NCBI GenBank assembly: GCA_002395385.1
Contig: DGWW01000224.1
Span: 1-55,092, forward strand
From: Myxococcales bacterium UBA4248
GTDB lineage: Bacteria; Myxococcota_A; Bradymonadia; UBA4248
DNA: 55,092 nt
Direction of reading: 5' to 3'
Shown here: positions 37,693 to 46,666 of the stretch, one piece after another
How the letters are laid out: every line of letters begins with the position of its first letter
How positions within the stretch are numbered: position 1 is the stretch's first letter
Program-made: the position numbers and the translations under genes
The notes under the pieces: model-generated
What the model was told of the DNA's origin: nothing
Database searches by the model: none
Seen by the model: the letters and a program-made list of their open reading frames with translations, nothing else

Positions 37693-38946
37693 ATGGCTAC
37701 CAAAAAAGTGCGCTGCTCATTTTGCGGCAAGGAAGAAAAAGACGTCCGAAAACTCGTGTTCCGCAAGGATTCCCCCAACGAAGGCGTCTGCATTTGTGAT
37801 GAATGCACCATGAAATGCATGGGCATGCTCATGCAGGAAGAAAGTAAGGCACAAGCCGAAAAAGATGTCACGATCGCTGCATCCGATATGCGTCCGACGC
37901 GCATCAAAAAATTTCTCGATGAACACATCATCGGACAGGATCGCGCCAAAGTGGCCATGAGCGTCGCTATCTACAACCATTATAAGCGCATCGAAAACAT
38001 CCATCTCGACAAGGATGACGAAGTTCAGCTCACCAAAGGCAACATTCTCATGATGGGCCCCACTGGGTGCGGCAAAACACTGATTGCACAGAGCATCGCC
38101 AAACTCCTCAACGTACCCTTCACCGTCGCCGATGCGACGACGCTGACCGAAGCTGGTTATGTAGGCGAGGATGTCGAAAATATCATTAAAAACTTGTGGA
38201 TCGCTGCGGGTAAAAATATCGAACGTACCTCGAAGGGCATCGTGTGCATCGACGAAATTGACAAAATCGCCACCCGCGCCGGTGACAAGGGGCGCGATGT
38301 CGGTGGCGAGGGTGTGCAGCAGGCCCTGCTCAAAATGATCGAATCCGGTTCGGTCAACTTTACCCCCGATAATGCCAAAAATCGCCCGCAACAGGATGTC
38401 ATTACAGTCGATACTACCAACATTCTCTTTATCTTTTCCGGGGCATTCAACAATATCGGCAATATCGTTCAGAACCGCATCGGCGTCAGCGGGCTCGGTT
38501 TTCACAGCGATCCCATGCAGAATAAAAAAGAGAACGACATGGAACTGCGCCGCCAGGTCGAAACCGTCGATGTCATCAAATTCGGACTCATACCCGAATT
38601 TATGGGCCGAATCCCCGTCATCGTAACACTCGATGAACTCGACGAGAATGCACTGCTCGAAATCATGTGGAAACCGAAAAACAGCATTTTGCGCCAATAC
38701 GAACGACTTTTCGAAATCGATAACATCAAACTGACTGTCACTGAAGACGCACGAAAAGCCATCGTCCGCGAAGCCATCCGACGCAAGAGCGGCGCGCGCG
38801 GCCTGCGATCCATCTTCGAAGAAGTCATGCTCGACATCATGTACGAAGTCCCATCGATGAACGGCGTTAGCGAAGTCACTATCGACGAAGGCGTCGTCCT
38901 AAAACAGCATGATCCCATTGTCACTTTCTATCAGAACGCTTCTTAA
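37693..38946 (+). CDS. clpX: ATP-dependent Clp protease ATP-binding subunit ClpX
   Basis: C4 zinc-binding N-domain (CSFCGK...CDEC), Walker A GPTGCGKT, and IVCIDEIDKI. Full-length ClpX pattern. Confidence 0.95.
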   Translation: MATKKVRCSFCGKEEKDVRKLVFRKDSPNEGVCICDECTMKCMGMLMQEESKAQAEKDVTIAASDMRPTRIKKFLDEHIIGQDRAKVAMSVAIYNHYKRIENIHLDKDDEVQLTKGNILMMGPTGCGKTLIAQSIAKLLNVPFTVADATTLTEAGYVGEDVENIIKNLWIAAGKNIERTSKGIVCIDEIDKIATRAGDKGRDVGGEGVQQALLKMIESGSVNFTPDNAKNRPQQDVITVDTTNILFIFSGAFNNIGNIVQNRIGVSGLGFHSDPMQNKKENDMELRRQVETVDVIKFGLIPEFMGRIPVIVTLDELDENALLEIMWKPKNSILRQYERLFEIDNIKLTVTEDARKAIVREAIRRKSGARGLRSIFEEVMLDIMYEVPSMNGVSEVTIDEGVVLKQHDPIVTFYQNAS

Positions 38947-38983
38947 CTTTTGGGCGCGGGCTATCTGCGATACGCCCTGCGCA

Positions 38984-39019
38984 CACCGCTATGCCGAAGG
39001 CATACGCGGTGTTTTTTTT
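38984..39019 (+). terminator. clpX terminator built from a REP unit
   Basis: caccgcTATGCCgaaGGCATAcgcggtg followed by T8. It is preceded by the unit gggcTATCTGCGATAcgccc at 38958-38977. Confidence 0.75.
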
Positions 39020-39077
39020 ACGCGGCTTAGCCCTTTGAGGGGTCCGGGACAGAATCCCGGAAATCAATAGGAACAAT

Positions 39078-40001
39078 ATGGCTAAATTCCATTGCGGTTT
39101 TGTGGCCCTCGTCGGCCGAACCAATGCAGGAAAATCGACACTCGTCAATGCACTCACCGGCGAACGCGTCAGCATTACGAGCTCTAAAGCGCAGACGACG
39201 CGCGACAAAATTCGCGGCATCGTCAACCGCAAAGGCGCACAAATCGTCTTTATCGACACACCGGGCCTGCATTTATGGCTCAAACGCACGCTCAATCAGG
39301 TCATGGTGCAGAACGCACTCTCGACCCTAGGTGACGCCGATTGCGTACTTATGCTCATCGATGCTGCGCATGCACTCACACCACAGGGCGAAATCGAAGA
39401 GATTGAGCAAAATCTCATCGAAGCCATTCAAAAAGCCAACAAACCCGCCATTCTTGCCATCAATAAACTCGACCTGCTCAAAGATCCAAGCGGGCTGCTG
39501 CCGATTATCGATGCTTACAGCAAAGCCTTTTCTTTTGCAGAAATCGTCGCCGTCAGCGCGCGAAAACGCAAAGAACTCGACACGATGCTCGATGCCATCG
39601 AAAAATACCTCCCCGAACAGCAGGCGTTTTACCCGAAAGAGTTTTACACCGACCAGTCCGAGCGGTTCCTCGCTTCCGAAACCATCCGCGAGGTCATTTA
39701 CCGACAGATGAGCAAGGAACTGCCCTACTCTGCAGCCGTCGAAATCGACGATTTTAAGTCGATGCGCGAACAACACCGCATCGAAATTAAAGCTACCATC
39801 TACGTCGAACGCGAAAGCCAAAAGGCCATTTTCGTCGGCAAAAAAGGGGCTGCCATCAAACAGCTCGGCATCGCCGCTCGCGAAAAACTCGCCGAAGTCC
39901 TCGATGCCAATATTCATCTCGAACTCGTCGTCAAAGTCAAAACCGACTGGAGCGAAAATCCCAAGGATTTAAAAGGTTTTGGGTACTTGGAAGAGAATTA
40001 G
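39078..40001 (+). CDS. era: GTPase Era
   Basis: G1 GRTNAGKST, G3 DTPG, G4 NKLD, and a C-terminal KH domain. Confidence 0.95.
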   Translation: MAKFHCGFVALVGRTNAGKSTLVNALTGERVSITSSKAQTTRDKIRGIVNRKGAQIVFIDTPGLHLWLKRTLNQVMVQNALSTLGDADCVLMLIDAAHALTPQGEIEEIEQNLIEAIQKANKPAILAINKLDLLKDPSGLLPIIDAYSKAFSFAEIVAVSARKRKELDTMLDAIEKYLPEQQAFYPKEFYTDQSERFLASETIREVIYRQMSKELPYSAAVEIDDFKSMREQHRIEIKATIYVERESQKAIFVGKKGAAIKQLGIAAREKLAEVLDANIHLELVVKVKTDWSENPKDLKGFGYLEEN

Positions 40002-40195
40002 TTTTTTTACAAACGGATTTGTTCGCAGCCAGCGCTGCGCACATATTTTGTTTTTTTAACAAACGGATTTGTTCGCATCTAACGATGCGCACGAATTCAA
40101 AAAATCGCGAAGGCCGTTAGGCCTGAGCAAATCCGTTTGTAAGATCAAAAAAAAACGCGAAGGCCGTTAGGCCTGAGCAAATCCGTTTGTAAGAA
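40002..40195. repeat. Four ACAAACGGATTTGT-family units (two forward, two reverse) filling the era-der spacer
   Basis: Cores lie at 40009-40022, 40059-40072, 40128-40140 and 40178-40190. Each has an A/T run and a neighbouring short hairpin. Confidence 0.9.
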
Positions 40196-40217
40196 TTAAA
40201 ATGCTTACGGTTTCATT

Positions 40218-41846
40218 ATGAAAGAAAGACTTCCCATCGTAGCACTCGTCGGCCGTCCCAATGTCGGCAAATCCAGATTATTTAACCGCTTTGTGCGTTC
40301 GCGCATGGCGATTGTCGAAAACACACCCGGTGTCACACGCGACCGCAATTATGGTACCGCCCACTGGAATGACTGCAAATTCACCGTCATAGACACCGGC
40401 GGCTTCGAGCCCGAATCGACCGATATTCTGCTTGAGCAGATGCGCGTTCAGGCACTACTCGCCGTAGAAGAAGCCGATGTCATTCTCTTCGTCGTCGATG
40501 CACGTGCAGGACTTTTACCCGCCGATCAGCAAATCGCCGAAATCCTGCGCCGATCCAACAAGCGCATCATACTGTGTGTCAATAAAATCGACCAACACAA
40601 GCTCATCGAGCTTTCGTACGAATTCTACGAACTCGCCTTTGACGAAATGCTGCCCATTTCGGCGGAACATGGTCTCAATTGGGATGAACTCATTGATATG
40701 GTCACCCAGGATTTCGACAAAAATGACGACGAAAAAGACCGACGCGCCAAATTCGTCATCGATAACGATTTTGCCGAATTCACCGAAGAATACGTCCAGG
40801 AATTCGGCGAATATCCCAAAGGCTACGTCCCACCCGAAGATGAGGATGAACTCAGCGCGGAAGACCTGTTCGAAGACGATGATGAAGAATATGACGAAGA
40901 ATTGGAAAATACCGAAGATTCCGAGACTGACGACGATTCACAAGCCTCCGACGAACCCGAACTCTACGAAGTCCCCGCCACACAATATGACGAAGCGGCA
41001 CTCGCCGAGCGCGTCCTGAGCGAAACCATTTATATCGCGGTTTTGGGCAAACCCAATACCGGCAAATCGACGTTGATCAATCGCCTTTTGGGTTACAAAC
41101 GCCTTTTGACTGCCGATATTGCAGGCACGACGCGAGATACTATCGACTCCGATCTCGAAGGCCCCGACGGTCAGCAATACGTCCTCATCGATACCGCCGG
41201 CATCCGCAAAAAGAGCGCTGTCAGTCAGCGCATCGAGAAATTCTCGATCGTCAAGGCTCTCGATGCCGTCGAACGCGCCGATGTCGTTCTCCTCGTCGTC
41301 GATGCCCAAATCGGCGTGACCGAGCAGGATCTCAAAATTGCATCACTCGCCATCGATCGCGGCTGCGCCATTGCCGTTTTGCTCAACAAATGGGATGCCA
41401 TCGCAGACAAGACCGATCAAAGTGCCAGCGAATATATCAAAGCTGCACGTGAACGTATGTCCTTTATTGATCATGTGCCTGTATTTACGATCAGTGCCCT
41501 CACCGGCCAGCGCACACACAAAATATTAGATATCGCCAAAAAATTATATACAACGGCGAGTTCCCGTGTATCGACGGGCGAACTAAATCGGGTATTCAGA
41601 AGGATTTTAGAACAGCATACACCACCGACCGTCGGCAGCCGCAATCTGCGTTTCTATTTTGCGCAGCAGGTCGCCATTCGCCCACCGACGTTCGTATTGC
41701 AATGCAATGCCCCCGAAATCGTCCCCACCGATTATAAGCGCTATCTGATCAACCAAATCCGCGCCTATTACGGTTTCGAGGGCACGCCAATAAAAGTATT
41801 GTTCAAAAAACCTGCGGGCCGCCGCAAATGGGAAAAAAAGAAATAA
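40218..41846 (+). CDS. der: Ribosome-associated GTPase Der/EngA with an expanded acidic inter-domain linker
   Basis: Two G-domains (GRPNVGKS, GKPNTGKS) plus a KH-like C-terminus. A ~105-aa Asp/Glu-rich linker spans aa 166-270. Confidence 0.95.
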   Translation: MKERLPIVALVGRPNVGKSRLFNRFVRSRMAIVENTPGVTRDRNYGTAHWNDCKFTVIDTGGFEPESTDILLEQMRVQALLAVEEADVILFVVDARAGLLPADQQIAEILRRSNKRIILCVNKIDQHKLIELSYEFYELAFDEMLPISAEHGLNWDELIDMVTQDFDKNDDEKDRRAKFVIDNDFAEFTEEYVQEFGEYPKGYVPPEDEDELSAEDLFEDDDEEYDEELENTEDSETDDDSQASDEPELYEVPATQYDEAALAERVLSETIYIAVLGKPNTGKSTLINRLLGYKRLLTADIAGTTRDTIDSDLEGPDGQQYVLIDTAGIRKKSAVSQRIEKFSIVKALDAVERADVVLLVVDAQIGVTEQDLKIASLAIDRGCAIAVLLNKWDAIADKTDQSASEYIKAARERMSFIDHVPVFTISALTGQRTHKILDIAKKLYTTASSRVSTGELNRVFRRILEQHTPPTVGSRNLRFYFAQQVAIRPPTFVLQCNAPEIVPTDYKRYLINQIRAYYGFEGTPIKVLFKKPAGRRKWEKKK

Positions 41847-41860
41847 TTGTTTTCCTCACA

Positions 41861-41893
41861 AACGTTCTGGGAAAGATTCCAGAACGTTTTTTT
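41861..41893 (+). terminator. der terminator
   Basis: aacgttctgg-gaaagatt-ccagaacgtt followed by a T-run. Confidence 0.8.
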
Positions 41894-41948
41894 GTCGCTT
41901 CAAGCGACCATATTTCTGTTGCTGTAAATTGAGATTTGCTCAACTTAG

Positions 41949-41980
41949 TTTGACAGTGGTGGCATGCACCACTGTCAGTT
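41949..41980. repeat. TTTGACAGTGG...CCACTGTCAGTT hairpin repeat, second copy
   Basis: tttgacagtggtggcatgcaccactgtcagtt shares its outer arms with 3061-3091 and has a different inner stem and loop. Confidence 0.7.
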
Positions 41981-42013
41981 ATGATCTACTCATAATGGAC
42001 GAAACAGTGAAAA

Positions 42014-43314
42014 TTATATTCCCTTCACCGTGAAACTTATAATACCTTTGTTGGTCGAATCAGCTTTGGCGGAACCCAAGAGTTTCCAAGAATTACCGTC
42101 GGCAGAAATTTCAATGCTTATCATTTCAGAACTGGCGGTTTTACCCGATGATTTATTTGGTGCTGATTCTGTATTAAACATGGTACACTCTCCCAATTCC
42201 AATACATCAATTTTGTCTCCAGCTTCAATACTTGCATCCATTTCTACGATGAGATATCCTCCTTCTCCGCCAAGGGACACAAATGTATAGGATCGATTTG
42301 TTTCATCATCGCCTGCAACATCCGAATTATAAAAATAGCACCCATCTGATATAGGATAATTCTTAAAGCCATCTGGTTTAGATAAAGCTTTTTGTGGATT
42401 GGTTGCACTATTATTATCGGAGCTTTCGAGCGTGCCATCTGCTCGCATATATCCAACAACTTTAAAAGCATAATGATAAGTCTTATCAAATTTGGACAAA
42501 ACAATAGCATCAATGTCCGCACCAGCCTCAGGATCACAATTATCACTGCACTTTGCGCTTAAATCATTAATGCGAATATATTTATAATCCGCAGAGGGAG
42601 CAGCGCTCCAGCAAATATTTTGATAACAACTCAATCCATAGCTACAGTCTTCAGATGATAAACAAGTAGATCCTTCAAGCCCCAATTCTCCACCGGAACA
42701 ACGTCCATCAAGTCCCATTTCGCTACCCAACGGACAGCTTTCTAATATTGAGCATACTGCTAACCCATTCACAACATGGCAATAAGGATATGCAGTGTCC
42801 TTGCATGGATCGACTTCAGGTGAACATGGCTCTAATACACTAATTGGCTCATCTTCATATTTTTTCAGAATCTCCATAATTATATTATCAACATCAATTT
42901 CATCTCTTCTTTCAATATATTTTTCAATTTTATCTTTATGATCTTCAAAGCAATCTTCCAATTCATTAATCTCAGATTTGCAAACTTTCTGACATATTTT
43001 ATCAAAAACACTGTCACAGTTGCTCAAAATGCAATTGTTTTCATTTATAAGTTCTCTCTTACAATACGAAAAATCGTTATAATATGACATACAATCATCA
43101 TAAAAAAAATATCATAAACTGCATCATGAACTTCTTCTTGAGCACGTTTAGGGTAGCTATCCAATTCATAGGAATCATCAAGGTCCATCAGATCAGAATC
43201 AACTTGAAGCTTACTGATTTCCTTGATATCTGAACTATCGGAGTCGCCATCCTCTCCACATCCGTAAAATCAGACAAGAGAGAATATCATACAAGCTATA
43301 ATGAACTTTTTCAT
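42014..43314 (-). pseudogene. Cys-rich lipoprotein gene disrupted by an in-frame TGA and a homopolymer frameshift
   Basis: The ATG at 43314 encodes MKKFIIACMIFSLV-TGA-FYGCGEDGDSD... (lipobox). That frame continues to DAVYDIFF and then loses register at the T8 run (43103-43110). A ninth T would join it to the 358-aa ORF 42014-43090. Confidence 0.6.
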
Positions 43315-43318
43315 ATTT

Positions 43319-43575
43319 TTACTCCATATAAAAATAATACAAGCCAATGCCTGTATCTGCGTCACAACCCACTGCTGTCCCACAAAAATGTGGCTTTATA
43401 GTTGGTTCGAAATCGATTTCTTACTAAAAGGAAATTCACGACAACCGCCTTTACAGCTCGATCCAATCTCCCAAAGAAGCAGTTTGGGATCCGTATTGTC
43501 ATCATCATTATTACAGCCAAATGTGCAAACCGCACACGTTGCAAGCAGAACTATTCGCAACTTTTTCATTGCCAT
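43319..43575 (-). pseudogene. Small Cys-rich lipoprotein gene, probable frameshift near the 3' end
   Basis: MAMKKLRIVLLATCAVCTFGC lipobox ORF stops at 43396. Another frame continues as PTIKPHFCGTAVGCDADTGIGLYYFYME and stops 4 nt before the next gene's ATG. Confidence 0.4.
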
Positions 43576-43654
43576 GTCCTTTTTCAATGTAACATCCTTT
43601 ACACGACAAGGAACTGCCACTCCCACAAGAGATGTGCCCGTAATAGAGAAAGAA

Positions 43655-44349
43655 CTATTCTGTCAAGTCGCCTCTCATTTGGAGCAGCAGGTCAACAGCA
43701 TTTAACTTTGGTATGCAGTTTTCCCAAACCCCATAGCAACCTGTCTCGGAACAGCCATGTTCACAAGGAACAGCCGTCTGCTTTGAGCCACCTTTGCATT
43801 CTATAAAACTATCTCCGTCGCATGTATTTGCACTACAATCACTACAGTCTTTGCCATCCGCTCTGCAGCCATATTCACAGATATCGCCGGCCTCCCATAG
43901 GTTTGAAGACGTGCATGTCATCATTCTTCCGCTGTTGCATATCGTATTTTTTGACGAGTCGGATTCGTTATATAGACAACCGCCTTCCACTTTGTTGGCG
44001 CACTGCTTTGTGACTGTATTGCACAAAACGCCTTCGTCACATATGACTTCTCCACATTTGCATCGGCTTCCATCCAATACACCGCCGGATAACACGCAGG
44101 CAGAATCCTTTTCGCCGTCTGTTTTGTTGGCGCACTGCTTTGTGACCGTATCGCACAAAATGCCTTCGTCACATATAATTTCTCCACATTTGCATCGACT
44201 TCCATCCAATACACCACCGGATGATACGCAGAGCGCTCCGTTTTCACCATTTTCATCCGGAGTATCTTGGCTCTCGCCCTCACATCCACTCATCAGACCG
44301 ATGGAAGAAATGCACAAAACAGAAATCGATAATTATTATATTTAGTCAT
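43655..44349 (-). pseudogene. Cys-rich lipoprotein gene with a frameshift inside the signal peptide
   Basis: The ATG at 44349 gives MTKYNNYRFLFCAFLPSV-stop. The long ORF (other frame) starts only with TTG inside ...SSIGLMSGCEGES. One missing base near 44295 would restore a normal lipoprotein signal peptide. Confidence 0.55.
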
Positions 44350-44460
44350 AAACGCTCCTTAAAATACAAATGATAACGTGATGTCTGTGGGTGAGACTGA
44401 GAACCCATGATTCGTCACAAATGGCCGCCCGCGTATGCGCGCAGACCGCAGGTCGAGCAC

Positions 44461-44537
44461 ATAGCGAGGCGTTGGCGTGCCGTATGCACAGCATAGGCCG
44501 CCATGCGGGGCGTATCGGCGCAGCCGATAGCCTGCGC
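44461..44537. repeat. Composite three-hairpin REP array (copy 1 of 3)
   Basis: ATAGCGAGGC..GCCGTATGcacaGCATAGGC..GGGCGTATCGGCgcaGCCGATAGCC is homologous to 48248-48336 and 53129-53206. Confidence 0.8.
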
Positions 44538-44673
44538 ACCCAAAAGCCCCCATTTCTTATACCTGAAACAGGGGCTTTAGCTAAAGACCTAAATCACGCA
44601 GACTCGCCTATTTCAGCTGCCGGGGTTTCGACCATCGTGCCGAGTGCGTAAAGAACTGTTAGCTCATTTCGAC

Positions 44674-45150
44674 TCACGGTATAAATTCGCCCTCCGGGGT
44701 GTCCATGTACTCGGCACAAGTTTTGTCGCTGATGGTCAGTTCATCATTCTCGTTGCAGTATATGACGACATAGTCTGGGTTTTCAACATATCCACATGCG
44801 TTTATATCATAATCTCCAAAATCGTAGCTATTTTCGCTTGGCAGATACCCGCACATTGGAGCTATCATATTGCCAAGTAAATCAAAACTACCATTAGAAG
44901 CATTACCCGGAGCTTCCAGAGTAGAGTATTTTTCCCCCTCGATCACCCCCATTGGTGGGTCACTATCGATACGTACACCACAAGCATATTTTGAATAATA
45001 AAGCACTTCAGAGCCCGAGGTGTTATCATGTGGAACAAGTTTAATGACGCCTTTCTGACATATATAAGTATCCCAGTCAATATAACAACCTGTAGCAACA
45101 ACCATGCAAAGCAAAAAGAGGATAAACAACGGTATTTGATTATATCTCAT
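44674..45150 (-). CDS. Small Cys-containing lipoprotein
   Basis: MRYNQIPLFILFLLCMVVATGC lipobox. AT-rich. No recognised domain. Confidence 0.6.
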   Translation of the reverse strand: MRYNQIPLFILFLLCMVVATGCYIDWDTYICQKGVIKLVPHDNTSGSEVLYYSKYACGVRIDSDPPMGVIEGEKYSTLEAPGNASNGSFDLLGNMIAPMCGYLPSENSYDFGDYDINACGYVENPDYVVIYCNENDELTISDKTCAEYMDTPEGEFIP

Positions 45151-45363
45151 AGGATATCCTTTTATACAAAACACTACCTGTATAATTATCGACAACACCC
45201 CCATATATATAGAGAGAGAATGGTACTTTGTCAAGACAGTGACAAAAAAATGTTACGCACATTTCTTGCAGCTGAGGGTACCGGCTTCTTTGTCGATCGA
45301 GATTTCGGAGGCACCAACGACGGCAGGAATGCCCCATGCGGATTGCGTGAATGTTTTGGGGCC

Positions 45364-45432
45364 GTGCTATTTCGCCAAAAGGCTCAATACGCACGACTTT
45401 CGGCGCTATCTCGCTATCGCTCAATACGCGCC
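45364..45432. repeat. REP frame copy (GTGCTAT...ATACGCAC...GGCGCTAT...ATACGCGCC)
   Basis: GTGCTATttcgccaaaaggctcaATACGCACgactttcGGCGCTATctcgctatcgctcaATACGCGCC. Confidence 0.8.
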
Positions 45433-45535
45433 TCAAACATTTGTGCCGTCGAAATGATGCAAATTCCAGGAAGCAAGGCGAAGCTCGACCGCTGCGCGGT
45501 CTGTGCGCATACGCCAGGCGAGTAATTACTATAAT

Positions 45536-46280
45536 CTACAATTTTTCTTTGAATTCGGGATGTTGTAAATAAAAGATCTCTTTCTGCGCCTCTATTTCTG
45601 CACGTAATTGTTCTTCTGTAGGTAGACATAACTTATATTTACTGGAAAACAGTTGTTCATTACCATGTAACACAGAATATCTGGCGATATCCTCATCTGT
45701 TTCGGAGCAAAGGACAATACCAAGTGTCGGGTTATCTTCAGGCTTCTTTTTTAACTCGTCATACATTCGAACATACATGTCCATTTGGCCAACATATTGG
45801 TGCGTTATTTTTCAGATTTTTAAGCCAACCAGCACAAAGCAATTCAATTAATAATTGTAGAATACAAGGTCGATATAATAATCTTCTTTCTCTGTATGGA
45901 TCCTCTGCTGACGTGCAACAAAAGCAAATCCCTTTCCTAGCTCCATCAGAAATTGTTCCAAATTTGTGATAATATTTCTTTTGAGCTCAGATTCGCGGTA
46001 ATTTCGGTTTTCCTCCATGCCAAGAAATTCAGCAAGCACAGGGTTGCGTAAAAATTCATACTTATGTTGATAAGAACTGGTTTTATCTTCCATTTCTACA
46101 TTTACACTCTGCTTGTCACTTGAGAGCAACATTCTGTCATAAGACTGAGTTTCAACGCAGTGTCCGGACAGACCACGTTTGTTCCAATGCTTCTTTTTCA
46201 TACCATGCGCGTGCCGCTGGGTCGATCACCTGAATTAAACGCTCATAGTGCGACCATGACAACAGCGGTTTTGGTATGTT
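45536..46280 (-). pseudogene. yhcG: yhcG-like PD-(D/E)XK nuclease (DUF1016) remnant
   Basis: Family segments run in order: LSWSHYERLIQVIDPAARAWYEKEALEQTWSVRTL, frameshift, ...FLMELGKGFAFVARQQRIHTEKEDYYIDLVFYNY-TAA-LNCFVLVGLKI-TGA-KITHQYVGQMDMYVRMYDE...NPTLGIVLC. The N-terminus is missing. Confidence 0.8.
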
Positions 46281-46299
46281 ACAGGAAAGAGACACACCG

Positions 46300-46666
46300 T
46301 ACCCGTAATATAATCGTATAAATTACAAACGATATGATTCTCTAATAGGTTAAACAAACCTGTCTTACGCATAAAATAAGAGTACTGTGCAATTGTCTGT
46401 TTAATATGGTTAAACTGATAATTAATGAAACAATGTTCGTCTTGGCAATAAACTTCATAGCCTCTGACTGCTAAAAGAAACGGAATTACCTTTAAACATT
46501 CTGGATATTTGTCTAACAATGCTTCGAACTGCTTTTCAATATTTTTAGCACCAATGAGCGAGTTGAGAATATTAATTTCAATTTTTAAGTTTTCAGCATT
46601 TTGATATACCTTTACAAAGTCAGTATAATAGTCATATCCATTTATGGATGCTCGAAATGTCCGCAA
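46300..46666 (-). pseudogene. DpnII/MboI-type restriction endonuclease (dpnB-like) fragment
   Basis: YYTDFVKVYQNAENLKIEINILNSLIGAKNIEKQF...YPECLKVIPFLLA...GLFNLLENHIVCNLYDYITG tracks the N-terminal half of DpnII (recall of the S. pneumoniae DpnB sequence). Both ends are truncated. Confidence 0.7.

Noticed and set aside
37717-38697. Long antisense or shadow ORFs opposite confident genes. Examples: 326 aa opposite clpX, 16362-17300 opposite the IgGFc-like gene, 4616-5314 opposite the fibro-slime gene, 22252-22947 and 23995-24651 opposite slt, 35127-35777 opposite the rRNA methyltransferase, 36789-37493, 33143-33886, and 30417-31211 opposite the NTase gene.
   Set aside because: Each overlaps a better-supported gene on the other strand. 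None has a start context, signal or motif, and all show biased composition typical of shadow frames.
37693-38946. clpX without an adjacent clpP as a notable anomaly.
   Set aside because: clpP and clpX are unlinked in a number of bacteria, and the window cannot show where clpP lies. The point is noted only in the context of the upstream STAS-like gene.
40009-40022. ACAAACGGATTTGT as a DNA uptake sequence linked to the type IV pilus, by analogy with Neisseria DUS pairs in terminators.
   Set aside because: I found only six copies at three loci, and none inside coding sequence, across 55 kb. That is too few and too positionally restricted to argue for an uptake signal from this window alone.
40002-40195. 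A CRISPR-like array, given regularly spaced repeats with hairpins.
   Set aside because: There are only four units, in mixed orientation. The 'spacers' are just A/T runs and related hairpins. No cas genes are present, and copies of the same unit occur singly elsewhere.
43270-43272. Selenocysteine decoding of the in-frame TGA in the lipoprotein gene.
   Set aside because: The codon lies in the hydrophobic core of a signal peptide, where Sec makes no sense. I see no downstream SECIS-like hairpin, and the gene has a second lesion.
45790-45850. Possible stop-codon reassignment, because an in-frame TGA sits where Gly is expected in the yhcG-like gene (LKI-TGA-KITHQ), and a TGA also lies in a lipoprotein signal peptide at 43270-43272.
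   Set aside because: TGA clearly terminates confident genes here: slt at 24673-24675 runs straight into REP elements, and the NTase gene ends at 31635-31637. The yhcG gene also carries a TAA and a frameshift. These are nonsense mutations in pseudogenes.
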